Virus record (IMG/VR): IMGVR_UViG_3300032070_000613
Coordinates: 1-64,000 of that record
Source of the DNA: a virus
Reading direction: 5' to 3' (one strand)
DNA: 64,000 nucleotides
Positions 9,252 through 19,622 of the stretch are shown one piece after another. Each line of letters begins with the position of its first letter. Position 1 is the first letter of the stretch. The position numbers were made by a program, and so were the translations under genes. Under the pieces are notes generated by a model, which saw nothing but the letters and a program-made list of their open reading frames with translations, was not told the DNA's origin and ran no database searches.

Positions 9252-10324
9252 AGAAGTATCATCCGACAAAGAATGTTTTGGAGGCTGCTCGGGAGCGGGT
9301 GTCGCTCATTTTTGATAATTTTAAGGACATTAGTGTTTCGGTAAGTGCGGGTAAGGACTCAACTAGTCTGTACCACCTGTTTCTTCAGGAGGCGATCAAG
9401 CGGGATAGGAAAATCCATGCTTTTTTTCAGGATCAGGAGGCGGAGTATCAATCCTCGATTGATTTGATGAAGATCATGATGAAGCATCCCAATGTAATTC
9501 CTGAGTGGTATCAGGTTCCAATATATCTGACTAATGCGACCTCATATACGGATTACTTTTTGTATGCCTGGGGGGAAGGGGAGCAATGGATTCGGGAGAA
9601 GGATCCTATGGCGATACATAAAATTGAGGGGGAGTATCCTAAAAGGTTCTATGAGTTTTTCAAGTGGTATGAGAAAAAGAATATGGATGCGGCCTACATT
9701 GTGGGGTTGAGGGCTGAGGAGGGGATTACCCGGTATCGGGCGGTTACCAAATTTCCGGGATGGCAGGGGTTGAAATGGAGTACGGTTTCTGATGGGGTAA
9801 ATAAATTCTATCCTCTGTATGACTGGGCGGTTTATGATATCTGGAAGTTTCTCTATGAATACAATATCCCATATAATAAGATTTACGATCTTATGTACAT
9901 GAACAATTACAGTCTGTATTCCAAAATGCGGGTATCGAATTTGATTCATGAGAAGGCATATAAATGTTTGGTGGATTTGCCGAGATATGAGCCTGATACG
10001 TATGAGAAACTGTGTCGGAGAATTGGGGGGATTGCGACGGCGTCTAGATATGCCTCTGAGAGAGTGATGTTTAATAATAGGAAATTGCCGAGTCATTATA
10101 AGACTTGGCAAGAGTTTAGGGATTTTTTATTGGAGAACATTCCGAATGAAGATCAGAGGGAGCGGTTTCGAGCTCGGTTTGAGAGGCAGAAAAAGGATGA
10201 GCGCATGTATCGATTTCAAGTTGGGCAATTGCTTCTAAATGATTACGAGGGGAGCAAATTGATTGATACGAAAAAGGATGAGAAGGTTCAGCGGGAAAAG
10301 GAAAAGTGGATGAGGATACTTTAG
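9248..10324 (+). CDS. ibrA: PAPS-reductase-family (IbrA/YbdN-like) protein
   Basis: PP-loop SAGKDS, DQEA, VGLRAEE, YPLYDW, YNKIYD, MRVSNL motifs. Confidence 0.8.
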   Translation: MKKYHPTKNVLEAARERVSLIFDNFKDISVSVSAGKDSTSLYHLFLQEAIKRDRKIHAFFQDQEAEYQSSIDLMKIMMKHPNVIPEWYQVPIYLTNATSYTDYFLYAWGEGEQWIREKDPMAIHKIEGEYPKRFYEFFKWYEKKNMDAAYIVGLRAEEGITRYRAVTKFPGWQGLKWSTVSDGVNKFYPLYDWAVYDIWKFLYEYNIPYNKIYDLMYMNNYSLYSKMRVSNLIHEKAYKCLVDLPRYEPDTYEKLCRRIGGIATASRYASERVMFNNRKLPSHYKTWQEFRDFLLENIPNEDQRERFRARFERQKKDERMYRFQVGQLLLNDYEGSKLIDTKKDEKVQREKEKWMRIL

Positions 10325-10327
10325 GTT

Positions 10328-11611
10328 ATGATAACAATAGATAATATGAATATTTTGGCACATAAGTATGGCGGTAAGTGCTTATCCAGTGCCTATTCAG
10401 ATTAGAATACTAAACTCAAATGGGAATGTAAAAATGGCCATGTATGGGAAGCTTGTTCTAAAGGAATAAGGGATGGTCATTGGTGCCCAAAATGTGCTGG
10501 CAGGGGTTTTACAATTAAAGATATGAATGACTTTGCTAAGTCAAAGGGTGGAAAATGTCTTTCGTTAGAATATATCGGTAGTAGAAAATCTCTTAAATGG
10601 GAGTGTTTAAAAGGACATACATGGACTTCCTCTTATTATTGGGCTCAACGAACGTGGTGTGCTGAATGTAATCAAATAGAGAAAAATAAGAGCACTTTAG
10701 AAGAAATGAGGAATATTGCGAGAAAAAGGCATGGAAAATGCCTTTCTGAAGAATATCATCCGAATAAGAAATTAAAATGGGAGTGTAAACAGGGCCATAT
10801 ATGGGAGGCGGTTGGTTTTAAAATAAAAAGGGGGAATTGGTGCGCGATTTGTTCAGGGAAACAAAAATTCTCTGTTAAGTATTTACAGCAAACGGCTAAA
10901 AATAGAGGGGGCAGAGTTGTTTCGGACAGATATGTAGATGCACACAGTAAAATTCTATGGGAGTGTGCTTATGGCCATAGATGGGAGGCGAGATTATGTG
11001 ACATTAAGAACCATAAAAGTTGGTGTCCTTTTTGTACCGGGAAGAAAACTATAGAACATATGCAAAAATGGGCTGACAAATATAAAGGGGAATGCCTATC
11101 TGAAAAGTACGTCAATTCAAGAACTGAACTTAAATGGAAATGTAAAATTGGTCATATTTTTTGGAAAACTCCCCAAATTGTTCAAAGGGGCGGTTTTTGT
11201 CCCGAATGCTCCTCTTTCGAAAGTGAACAATTTTGTCGCGAAATTTTTGAGGAATTATTTGGCCAAGAATTTCCTAAAAAATGGCCAAAATGGTTAAAGA
11301 GATATGATACGGGGGTGACATTGCAACTTGATGGTTATTGTGAAAATCTTAAAATAGCTTTTGAGCATAATGGCCTCCAGCACTATAAAATGTGTGATAG
11401 ATTTCATATGTCTAAGAAAGACTTATTAGATGTTAGGTATAGAGATGATGTAAAAATACAAAGGTGTAAAGAGAAAGGGATATTCCTTATTATTATTCCT
11501 CAGCTGGGTGTGAAGATTCACGGGTTATGCGTTACTCGGGATAATTTAAGGATATTTATTCTTGATGAGTTAAGAAGAATGAGCTATAATTTTCCGATCA
11601 AAGGGAAGTAG
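10328..11611 (+). CDS. Zn-ribbon repeat protein with C-terminal PD-(D/E)XK nuclease; in-frame TAG at 10403 (intact ORF from 10523)
   Basis: Five W[EK]CxxGHxW/F...CxxC repeats; LDGY...IAFEHNGLQHY. Confidence 0.7.
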
Positions 11612-11624
11612 GAGGGCGGGAAAA

Positions 11625-12176
11625 ATGGTTACGTATACTTTGAAAGAGCAGGAAAAAAAGATTCCTATTCGGAATAAGGTAATGGATGTGAAGATCGTCC
11701 CATTTGATTTATTGCAACCGAATGAATGGAATCCCAATAGATTTTCGGGCGGTAAAGATGGGGAGATGATGGGTCTTTTGAAGGCGTGCATCTTGAAATA
11801 TGGTTTTTTGTTCCCGATTCTGACTTCCTGGGATGAGGATCTGAAAAAGTACCGGATTATTGATGGGTATCATCGCTATGAGGCTTTGAGGCAATTGGGG
11901 GCGACAGAGGCGGCTATTCTCGACATGCAGATTCCGTATCACGATGCGGTCCAATTAACTGTTTTAATGAATCGCATCAAAGGTCATCATCAGGTCAGTT
12001 TGATGAGTGACCTGGTGGTTAAGCTAGAGGATTTGGGATTGCAGGACAATGAGATTTGTGAAAATCTGGGAATGGAGGCGGAGGAATATCTTCGGCTGAA
12101 ACAGCAGCTAGGGATCGCCCACGCGTTTAAGGATCATGTGTATTCGAAGTCCTGGGAAATATCGAATGAAAAGTAG
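11625..12176 (+). CDS. ibrB: ParB/Srx-domain protein (IbrB/YbdM-like)
   Basis: PNEWNPN, YGFLFPI, IIDGYHR, NRIKG, LGMEAEE. Confidence 0.8.
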   Translation: MVTYTLKEQEKKIPIRNKVMDVKIVPFDLLQPNEWNPNRFSGGKDGEMMGLLKACILKYGFLFPILTSWDEDLKKYRIIDGYHRYEALRQLGATEAAILDMQIPYHDAVQLTVLMNRIKGHHQVSLMSDLVVKLEDLGLQDNEICENLGMEAEEYLRLKQQLGIAHAFKDHVYSKSWEISNEK

Positions 12177-12285
12177 TTTCAGCCAAGAGCAGAAGTCTGA
12201 ACTACACAGACTGTATTCCATGGGTTTGTAATACTCTCCTCATATCTCCAACAGATATAAACATATATCCGTTGGAGATCCTTTT

Positions 12286-12552
12286 TTGAAAAAATCTCTA
12301 GTCAGTCTGACCCCCCGGCAGGACGCGATCCTCAGGTCCCTCTCCGAGGAGCTGGAGATCTCGTTGTCAGAGCTCATCCGTCGTGCTCTCGATAAATATA
12401 TCGAGGACCTGGTGAAGGATGGTACACTCGTGAAATTTACCTGGAGCTCTAGTGATAAATCTATCGACATGGAATTTCCCAAAAGAATGTTTAAAGAATT
12501 ATATGATTACGTAAAATCTCATCCTGATGGTGCGATTAAACTAGTAGAATAA
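12286..12552 (+). CDS. Ribbon-helix-helix (CopG-like) DNA-binding protein
   Basis: N-terminal beta strand plus SLSELIRRALDKY. Confidence 0.65.
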   Translation: MKKSLVSLTPRQDAILRSLSEELEISLSELIRRALDKYIEDLVKDGTLVKFTWSSSDKSIDMEFPKRMFKELYDYVKSHPDGAIKLVE

Positions 12553-12565
12553 TTATCTCTTAATA
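12550..12565 (+). promoter_or_regulatory. Phage promoter motif TAATTATCTCTTAATA
   Basis: Motif copy upstream of the 12606 operon. Confidence 0.7.
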
Positions 12566-12605
12566 AGTCTGGATAATTGTTATCACCATACAGGAATGTT
12601 TTTTC

Positions 12606-13298
12606 ATGCTCACTATAGCTAAGTTAAGAAGAATAGCCGCGGATGTACAGGAGTTTGGTGAAAAAGTAGATGTCATCGAACGTATAAAGGACACCTATAA
12701 TATCGGCATCGATCAAGATACTGATGAAGAATATGTGGATATTTTGAATAGTAGTTTGAAGAAGCTGCCCCCGGATTTGGTGAAAGACTGTGGGATAAAA
12801 TTACTGGCGTTTGAGGACCTCGGTCCCTCTAAAGAGTATTATCCTAATCACGGTAAATATGTGCATAACACTCTCGTTTTGAATCATAATATCATAAATG
12901 ATCCTACCCTGATAGTGGATCCTGATAGTGGGAATGCTGTAAATAAATTCGATCAGACTTTTTATCACGAGCTGGGTCATGGATGGGATGATGTGCACGG
13001 TACCGGGGGTACGGATCTTTCTCTTCAGAAAGAATGGTTGGGTTTATCTGGGTGGTCAAAAAAGCCAGTACCCGGGCATAGGAGAGTGATTATAAGGGAA
13101 GAAGGGGCTCCTGTACTCAAAGGTGAATATTATTATTCGCCGGAGGCAGGGTTTACGAGATTCTATGCTAAGCGAAACCCATGGGACGATTTTGCAGACT
13201 CTTTTTCTTATTATGTGGCTGGATTGAAAAGCTTTATTCCTGAGAATAAAAGAGGATATTTTGATAAAAAATTAGGTAAATATTTCAAAGGAATGTGA
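12606..13298 (+). CDS. Zincin-type metallopeptidase-like protein
   Basis: HELGH motif and downstream YA...DDFADSF. Confidence 0.65.
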   Translation: MLTIAKLRRIAADVQEFGEKVDVIERIKDTYNIGIDQDTDEEYVDILNSSLKKLPPDLVKDCGIKLLAFEDLGPSKEYYPNHGKYVHNTLVLNHNIINDPTLIVDPDSGNAVNKFDQTFYHELGHGWDDVHGTGGTDLSLQKEWLGLSGWSKKPVPGHRRVIIREEGAPVLKGEYYYSPEAGFTRFYAKRNPWDDFADSFSYYVAGLKSFIPENKRGYFDKKLGKYFKGM

Positions 13299-13302
13299 TT
13301 TT

Positions 13303-14103
13303 ATGGATATCGAAAAAACTTTGAAAAATATAGTGTCGGATCTCAAAAGCAGGGGGTTCGATAAGCATGCGGCTGTCGTCGCTGAGGTGGAGGCGGGCTG
13401 GACGCCCGGAGGATTTAAAGGTACTCCTTATCAGATGAGATCTCCACAGCCTACTCCTATAGGGACTCCGGGGTTTCATACAGGAGATGTTTATATAGAG
13501 CTTACTCCTTTGAATGAAAAGAAAGAAGAAATGAGGAGGTGGGATTTTCCAGAAGAAGGTCCTTATACGATGGATCAAATGATATTTGGTATCAAAAAAG
13601 GTTTTTTTGCAGTAGACAATATAGCTAAGGAATTGCAGAAAGCACAGAGTCCCGTGTTGAAGAGACAGATGCAGACGCTGCTCAATTTAGCAGAAGAGAC
13701 TACCGGTCAAAAGGCTGTCACCAGGCTGGCGTCTCTGTCTAAGACTCTCACTGAAAAGGGATATGACACTCTAGGTAGGAGATTGATGCAGGCTGCGGAT
13801 AGTGTGTCTATGCAGATAAGGCATCTCCTCGAGAAACATGAGGTCCCGAGTCTGGAGTTACTCTATGAAAAGAGTGGCTCTGCCAAGAAATTTGAGGAGA
13901 GTGTCCAGAAGTTGGTAAGTATTTACGACAACGTCGGTAAAATCATAAAAGATTTCGATAGAGAGTATCTCGATCAGATCATGCACCCTCTGGATAGAAA
14001 AGAAATTGGAGAGGAGGAGGCTACCAAAAAAACTTTGAAAATGGTCAGGGATACGGATGCCTCGGTGGATGTAAAGTTCAGGGAGATTTCGAAAAGTCTT
14101 TAA
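13303..14103 (+). CDS. Hypothetical protein, putative internal head protein
   Basis: ORF in operon; KHAA and RLAS motifs. Confidence 0.5.
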   Translation: MDIEKTLKNIVSDLKSRGFDKHAAVVAEVEAGWTPGGFKGTPYQMRSPQPTPIGTPGFHTGDVYIELTPLNEKKEEMRRWDFPEEGPYTMDQMIFGIKKGFFAVDNIAKELQKAQSPVLKRQMQTLLNLAEETTGQKAVTRLASLSKTLTEKGYDTLGRRLMQAADSVSMQIRHLLEKHEVPSLELLYEKSGSAKKFEESVQKLVSIYDNVGKIIKDFDREYLDQIMHPLDRKEIGEEEATKKTLKMVRDTDASVDVKFREISKSL

Positions 14104-14118
14104 CAAAGGAGTCGTCGT

Positions 14119-14364
14119 ATGGCGAATCTAGTCAGTAAAAATGTTGAAAAAGGTGTCACGAGCACTGTCGTGGTAGTTATCGCGTCTGCGTTGTCTTTGG
14201 CAATAGTAAAAGGTGCCAAAACGATCGGTATAGATGTCGACAACATACAGGTCACCGCGGCCCTCGTGATGGTGATCAGCGGTTTGATAGCTGCAGGACA
14301 TAACTGGTTTCGGCATAGAGATAAACCTGCTGCGGCAATATTGACACCTGATAAAAAAGGATGA
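14119..14364 (+). CDS. Small two-TM membrane protein (holin-like)
   Basis: Two hydrophobic segments, basic C-terminus, AGGAG RBS. Confidence 0.45.
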   Translation: MANLVSKNVEKGVTSTVVVVIASALSLAIVKGAKTIGIDVDNIQVTAALVMVISGLIAAGHNWFRHRDKPAAAILTPDKKG

Positions 14365-14367
14365 AAA

Positions 14368-14574
14368 ATGCCGGATCCTGGAAAGTACAAAAATAAAGCT
14401 CAGTATATGGAAGACTGTATGCACCAGACTCGCAAGGTTGAAAAGATGCCTCAAGAACAGTCGCTAGCGGTATGTCTGGGAAAATGGAGAGAAGAAAAAG
14501 GCGGCAAGAAGCCCAAAAAAGCCTCCTATGACATACTCCGTGCGCTAGCGGATAGGATGCTGTCCCATGTCTGA
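14368..14574 (+). CDS. Small hypothetical head-associated protein
   Basis: MPDP...DC...AVC...W pattern followed by KKAS-YDILRALADRM. Confidence 0.5.
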   Translation: MPDPGKYKNKAQYMEDCMHQTRKVEKMPQEQSLAVCLGKWREEKGGKKPKKASYDILRALADRMLSHV

Positions 14575-15808
14575 CGTGAGAGCCTCCAAACTCGAGAAGA
14601 CGGTCCAGAAAGCCACTAAAACTGATAAGGTAAAAGTTTTTTTAGGTGGGCTGTGTGATCATAATGAATGGCGTGAAGAGCTCAAAAAAGAGTTTGGAGG
14701 CTCTTTCTTTTTTCTCGATCCCTATGATGAAAACTGGGACCCGAAAGATAATATTTACGACGAGCTCGCAGGGATGGTCAATGCTGACTATATCATTTTC
14801 TATAAAGGCGGCAAACAGACTGAGCGGGAAAAAGATTTTTTAAAGAATATCGGTGAAAAAGATCCTGCTAAAATAAAGGAATTCGAGGACCTGAATAAAA
14901 TCAAGGAATTTTTAAAGAGCATAAAGAAAATGACTAAAAAGGCATGTGTGGCTGACGTACTCCGCCGGTGTGCCTCTATTTTGAATAAAAGTGCCGTACC
15001 CTATGAGAACACTCTCAATAAAGGTGGTATCGATTTTATTTTTGAGAGTCTGGATAATAAATCCAGAGGAGAAGTGATAGAGGATTTTGAACGTGGTAAG
15101 ACTATCATTATTCCAGAGATGACTGTCGGTAATAAAAAAATAACTAATAAAACTATCAGTAAAAAAGATTTTGATTATGATGCCTACGCGGATGTCCTCC
15201 GTCAGATGAAAGGATTTTTGAGGCAGCCCGCGCACAATCCTACCCTCATATACGATCCTGTAGACAGCACCTATATGTATAAAGAGGCCAAACTGAGAGC
15301 CACCTATAGCAAAGCCTCCACTCAAATAGAGCTGCCAAAAGAAATAGCGCAGGAGATTATGAGTTGGGGTATGGCTAATGTACCCGATAAAGATCTGTAT
15401 ACCGAAGATAAAAGTATGGGGAGAGAGAATGAGATCCATGTCACACTGTTTTACGGGATACTGGATGACGACCCCGAGAAGATACGGGCTATACTGAGTG
15501 GTATAAAACCGTTTGAATGTCGTCTGGGGCTCGTCACAGCATTTAAAGATGAAAAGAAATATGATGTTTTGAAGATAGACGTGGAATCTCCGGAGATGGT
15601 AAAGCTGCACTATTTGATTGAAGGTAATATAAAAAACAAAAATACGCATCCTACATTTCAGGCGCACTGTACGATAGCGTATGTGAAAAAAGGTGAGGCC
15701 GATAAGCTCATAGGTGAGGATAAATTCAGAGGTGTCACGTTTAAAGTGACTGAGGTGATATTTTCGAATAAAGATCACGATAAAGTAAAAATCCCTCTAG
15801 GGACATAA
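14567..15808 (+). CDS. Fusion of a nucleoside 2-deoxyribosyltransferase-like domain and a 2H phosphoesterase (T4 Acb1/gp57B-like)
   Basis: N-terminal KVFLGG...WRE...FLDP; C-terminal paired HxT motifs HVTLFYG and HCTIAY. Confidence 0.7.
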   Translation: MSDVRASKLEKTVQKATKTDKVKVFLGGLCDHNEWREELKKEFGGSFFFLDPYDENWDPKDNIYDELAGMVNADYIIFYKGGKQTEREKDFLKNIGEKDPAKIKEFEDLNKIKEFLKSIKKMTKKACVADVLRRCASILNKSAVPYENTLNKGGIDFIFESLDNKSRGEVIEDFERGKTIIIPEMTVGNKKITNKTISKKDFDYDAYADVLRQMKGFLRQPAHNPTLIYDPVDSTYMYKEAKLRATYSKASTQIELPKEIAQEIMSWGMANVPDKDLYTEDKSMGRENEIHVTLFYGILDDDPEKIRAILSGIKPFECRLGLVTAFKDEKKYDVLKIDVESPEMVKLHYLIEGNIKNKNTHPTFQAHCTIAYVKKGEADKLIGEDKFRGVTFKVTEVIFSNKDHDKVKIPLGT

Positions 15809-15846
15809 ATATCTCAAATAACAACCATATTCAAAGGAGTCATGGT

Positions 15847-16989
15847 ATGTCAGAGTCCACAAAGTATGTAGCGGTAGCGAATTTCAGCCTCAATCTGGAC
15901 AATGGAACTAAACAGCTCCAGATAAGGGTAGGGGACGAGATGATGTTTGACGGATACCAGGTCGAGTGCAAAGGACAGAGTGGCCAGGCCTATTCATTGT
16001 CCAAAGTCATTGGAGAATGGATCCAGCCTGCAAATGGGCACACTGTAATAAAGTCGAGTGCTCCTATGATAGACCCCTCGCAGCGCACCCGTAATGCTAC
16101 GGGAGGACGTGCCATAGAAGATAGTGACGTGGCCCATGATTTGGATGTCCGTAGTCAGCAGGAGAGCTCTCATGAGGAGCTGACTAGACTAGTCACGCAA
16201 TATGAAAATACGCCCCCTCCTACGCATATCTCGCAGAGGACTACGGATGACATGGCTGATATGCGGAAAGAGTCTCGGGTCCAGGTGGAAAATCATGACG
16301 CCCAGGAGGTAGCTAAGGTCTCCTCGACGGAAAAAACCAATGCTCCCGTGAAAAATACGTCCGGGGTGGAAATACAGGACCAGAAAAGCAGAAAGACCAC
16401 TGTCATTTCCAATGAGGAGCGCGTAGTAAAAAAGACAGCATATAACAAAAAGCCTGAGGCACCTGCTGAGCATAAGCATCTCAAAGTGGATAAAGAGGGA
16501 TCGGGAGTAGAGGTGCGTAAGGTGAAATCTCCTACGACTCACCGGAATGATGTGAAGACATCTACAGCTGAATCCAGGCGAGAGGTCTCTGTGGAGCAGG
16601 ATGCTGTTATAGAGACTGATTATGGGACGGGGACTCCGACTGAGGTCGGATCATCGACGCAGGCCCAGATCGAGCACCAGAGGGCTCTGGGAAGGCCTAC
16701 GACCGCGGTAAAGCGTCAGGTGATAGCTGAGGCCTCTCAGGATGGTGTCGTGGTCCGTAAGGTCTCTAAAATGGATGAGGAGAATATGTCTACGCGGGAT
16801 GGCATCACCTCTAGAGTCACGGTGAGTGCTGGTGGTGAGCTGGATGCCGGAGAGGTCACGTTTTCCTCTAACTCCGAGATCAATGAAGGAGAGGCTACAT
16901 TTTCCAAAACTGAGGATGCGGTCACTGATCTGGGTGGTGGTGGAGATGATGGAGAGATAGATGTGAATGATATTCTAGGCAGTGTATAA
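15847..16989 (+). CDS. Hypothetical protein, mostly low complexity/disordered
   Basis: 380-aa ORF with AGGAG RBS. Confidence 0.6.
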   Translation: MSESTKYVAVANFSLNLDNGTKQLQIRVGDEMMFDGYQVECKGQSGQAYSLSKVIGEWIQPANGHTVIKSSAPMIDPSQRTRNATGGRAIEDSDVAHDLDVRSQQESSHEELTRLVTQYENTPPPTHISQRTTDDMADMRKESRVQVENHDAQEVAKVSSTEKTNAPVKNTSGVEIQDQKSRKTTVISNEERVVKKTAYNKKPEAPAEHKHLKVDKEGSGVEVRKVKSPTTHRNDVKTSTAESRREVSVEQDAVIETDYGTGTPTEVGSSTQAQIEHQRALGRPTTAVKRQVIAEASQDGVVVRKVSKMDEENMSTRDGITSRVTVSAGGELDAGEVTFSSNSEINEGEATFSKTEDAVTDLGGGGDDGEIDVNDILGSV

Positions 16990-16991
16990 AC

Positions 16992-18737
16992 ATGATGGAT
17001 AGCATGGTCAGAAGAGTGATAGCCAGATACCGGGATGATCCTGATGAGAAGGCCCCTGATCAGGATCAGTCCTGGATGGATTATATGAAGAGTCAGGCCC
17101 AGGGTATACCACCGTCTGAGACTGCCGTGAATATATTTGAGACTGGTAAGGGTACTGAGTCGGAATTTTCTCAGTATAATCCATATGATTATGAGGACCC
17201 CTCAGGGAAGCCTAAAGACCCGAAGGGTCCTCCTTTTGAGAATGAGATATATCCAGACACCGAATATGCAATTTTTGATCATCCCAAAGTATTTAAGGGT
17301 CAGGGTGAATTGAAAGACTGGTACGATGTAAGAGAACAGGACTATACCACAGTAGAAGAAGATCAGAATCCCGCTATCAGTATCACCAGGAAATATGCCT
17401 CGGTGCAGAATGTAATCGCACGCTATGTGATGGATACTATACCTCTGATAGTGTCGGAGTCGGAGTTTAATGGTTTGTTCATGGTGCATAAAGTAGCAGC
17501 GTCTTTTAATGAAATTTTAAATAAGGATTTTCATTATCTCAATGACAGGAAATTAGATCGAGCAGGGGCCGTGGCTCCAGTGTGGACCAATAAAGGTAAT
17601 AAAGAACAAATAGATAAAGGCTATTTTACGTTTAGTGTGAGCAGCCCCGGGTCTAAAACCGGTCCTCATACTGTTTTTATTCAGCTCCTCAAAGAAAAAG
17701 GAGATGAGGGTAAAAGGCCTACATCCTATACTGATCATCCCATACAGCTGGCCTGTACGTGTCCCTCTTTTTTATATCACGGGGCACAATATTACGCTGT
17801 CCTCGACAGATATATGTATGATCCTGCCCGTCGTAAGGATTTGGTAGCACCAAAATCTCAGGGTGCTTATGTGGTGCATAAGAGTGAAGAATATCCCATG
17901 GGTAGGAGATATCCGGGCAGGGGTTTGAATTTCAGAGTATGCAAGCACCTGGTAAAAGTACATGAATTTTTAGATAAAATGAAGGTAGAGGTAGTATATC
18001 GTGAGTATCCCGTGACGGGCCCTCCATCTAAAATAATGAACATGTCTGAGTGGAAGCGTCTGATGCAGTTTGATTTTACAGAGGCCAATATCAAACAGCG
18101 TCTCCGCGGGGCCAGACCTAAAATACCTGTATATTTTTATAATGAGAAACTTACGCAGAGTGTCATTGATTGGTTTGATGAGGTGTGGATGCCTCGTACA
18201 GAGGACCAAAAGGTAGAGGTACTGAAGAAACTGGTGGAATATCCTGAGAGGATATTTTTTATACTTTTGAAAGAAGCGCGTTTGGCGATAGCTCGTGGAG
18301 GTCGTATCTCAGATAGGCTCATAGCTGAGGGATATGATCTCATGTCTCGGACAGTGCAGCCGGATAATAAGCAGACTCCGCAGCAGGCTGAGATGCCTGA
18401 TGTGCCTGAGGAGGAGAAAGAGGTAGGTAAAGGTACCGGGGCGTTAGCTCCTCCTGGTGGAGAGATGCCCGCGGGACAGTTTATCAAAGGAGTCGAGCCC
18501 GCTATAAAAGAAAAGCCCGAGGAGTTGGCTCCTAGTACGTTGAGGAAAGTCCTCACTCCTGAAGAAAAGAGAAAGCAGCGAGAGGAAAAGCGTAAAGAGG
18601 AGCAGGAGCAGCTACGGGAGCGGGGTCTATCGGATAGGGCCCGAGGGGCCTTGAGAAGATTTCAAGAGGAGACCGTAGAGCCCCGTAAGCAGAAAAAGCG
18701 TGAGTTGGGTAAACGTCCTTTCTATGAAGAAGAATGA
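16992..18737 (+). CDS. SWIM zinc-finger-containing protein
   Basis: CTCPSF ... VCKH. Confidence 0.6.
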   Translation: MMDSMVRRVIARYRDDPDEKAPDQDQSWMDYMKSQAQGIPPSETAVNIFETGKGTESEFSQYNPYDYEDPSGKPKDPKGPPFENEIYPDTEYAIFDHPKVFKGQGELKDWYDVREQDYTTVEEDQNPAISITRKYASVQNVIARYVMDTIPLIVSESEFNGLFMVHKVAASFNEILNKDFHYLNDRKLDRAGAVAPVWTNKGNKEQIDKGYFTFSVSSPGSKTGPHTVFIQLLKEKGDEGKRPTSYTDHPIQLACTCPSFLYHGAQYYAVLDRYMYDPARRKDLVAPKSQGAYVVHKSEEYPMGRRYPGRGLNFRVCKHLVKVHEFLDKMKVEVVYREYPVTGPPSKIMNMSEWKRLMQFDFTEANIKQRLRGARPKIPVYFYNEKLTQSVIDWFDEVWMPRTEDQKVEVLKKLVEYPERIFFILLKEARLAIARGGRISDRLIAEGYDLMSRTVQPDNKQTPQQAEMPDVPEEEKEVGKGTGALAPPGGEMPAGQFIKGVEPAIKEKPEELAPSTLRKVLTPEEKRKQREEKRKEEQEQLRERGLSDRARGALRRFQEETVEPRKQKKRELGKRPFYEEE

Positions 18738-19030
18738 CGATGCAAACATATTACATGGAATATGACAAATCAGATCTGGAAAAAGCCATAAAATTAGGAT
18801 TTTTATATTTGGAGTCTCGCGATGAGATAGTAGGTACGATATATGTCGCTCCAGCCATGGCGAAGGATATAGTGCTGAAAATGCCTGGCGAGGTGACTTT
18901 CGACTATATCCCGGAGGGCATCGGGATGTTGAGGACGGCGTATCTGAAGTATCTACCCTCTGCCAGAAATAATGAAATAATATTTATCAATCAAAATAAT
19001 ACTACCGAATTAAAATTACATCTCATATAA
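18734..19030 (+). CDS. Hypothetical protein
   Basis: ATGA-coupled ORF. Confidence 0.55.
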   Translation: MTMQTYYMEYDKSDLEKAIKLGFLYLESRDEIVGTIYVAPAMAKDIVLKMPGEVTFDYIPEGIGMLRTAYLKYLPSARNNEIIFINQNNTTELKLHLI

Positions 19031-19056
19031 ACATCATATGCTCAAGGAGTATCACC

Positions 19057-19509
19057 ATGCCGACCTACGAATACAAGTGTAGCGCCTGTCAAAGTATCAC
19101 CGAAGTCACTCACTCCATTAAAGATTCTCCCACTATAGAATGTCCTGAGTGTCTCAAACAGGACAAGCATACCTCTATGGAGCGTTTGATCTCCGTGAAT
19201 AGAGGTGGTTTCATAATAAAGGGATGGACTGAGGCTATGGCCTGGAAGACTAAACGGGAAAAAGTCAAAAAGAATGCTGAACTCGGAGTGAAGCAAATAG
19301 AGAGATATTCGAACGGTGTCCGCCTCCAGCCAAATGTAGCTGGTATGGAAGTAGATAGCTGGAGTGACGCTCAAAAGGTAGCCAAAGAAGCAGGCATGGC
19401 TGCGGATACCTATGAGCCTCTCATAGAGAAAGAAAAGATCATCAGTAAGACCTCTGGTGTTGATGACGTTAAATGGAAAGCCGCTAAAGCAGAAGCCTCC
19501 AAGATTTAA
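19057..19509 (+). CDS. FmdB-family zinc-ribbon protein
   Basis: MPTYEYKCSAC...CPEC...MERLIS. Confidence 0.75.
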   Translation: MPTYEYKCSACQSITEVTHSIKDSPTIECPECLKQDKHTSMERLISVNRGGFIIKGWTEAMAWKTKREKVKKNAELGVKQIERYSNGVRLQPNVAGMEVDSWSDAQKVAKEAGMAADTYEPLIEKEKIISKTSGVDDVKWKAAKAEASKI

Positions 19510-19568
19510 AAAAGTATATAGTGTTTTTTGGGCGTAGTCCTAAAGGAGCTCTTTAGGGGCATTTTCAG

Positions 19569-19584
19569 TAATAATCTCTTAATA
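19569..19584 (+). promoter_or_regulatory. Phage promoter motif TAATAATCTCTTAATA
   Basis: Consensus copy upstream of the RHH/glycosyltransferase operon. Confidence 0.7.
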
Positions 19585-19622
19585 ATTAATAAGTATATAG
19601 TACACACAGAAAGGGGTTTCAT

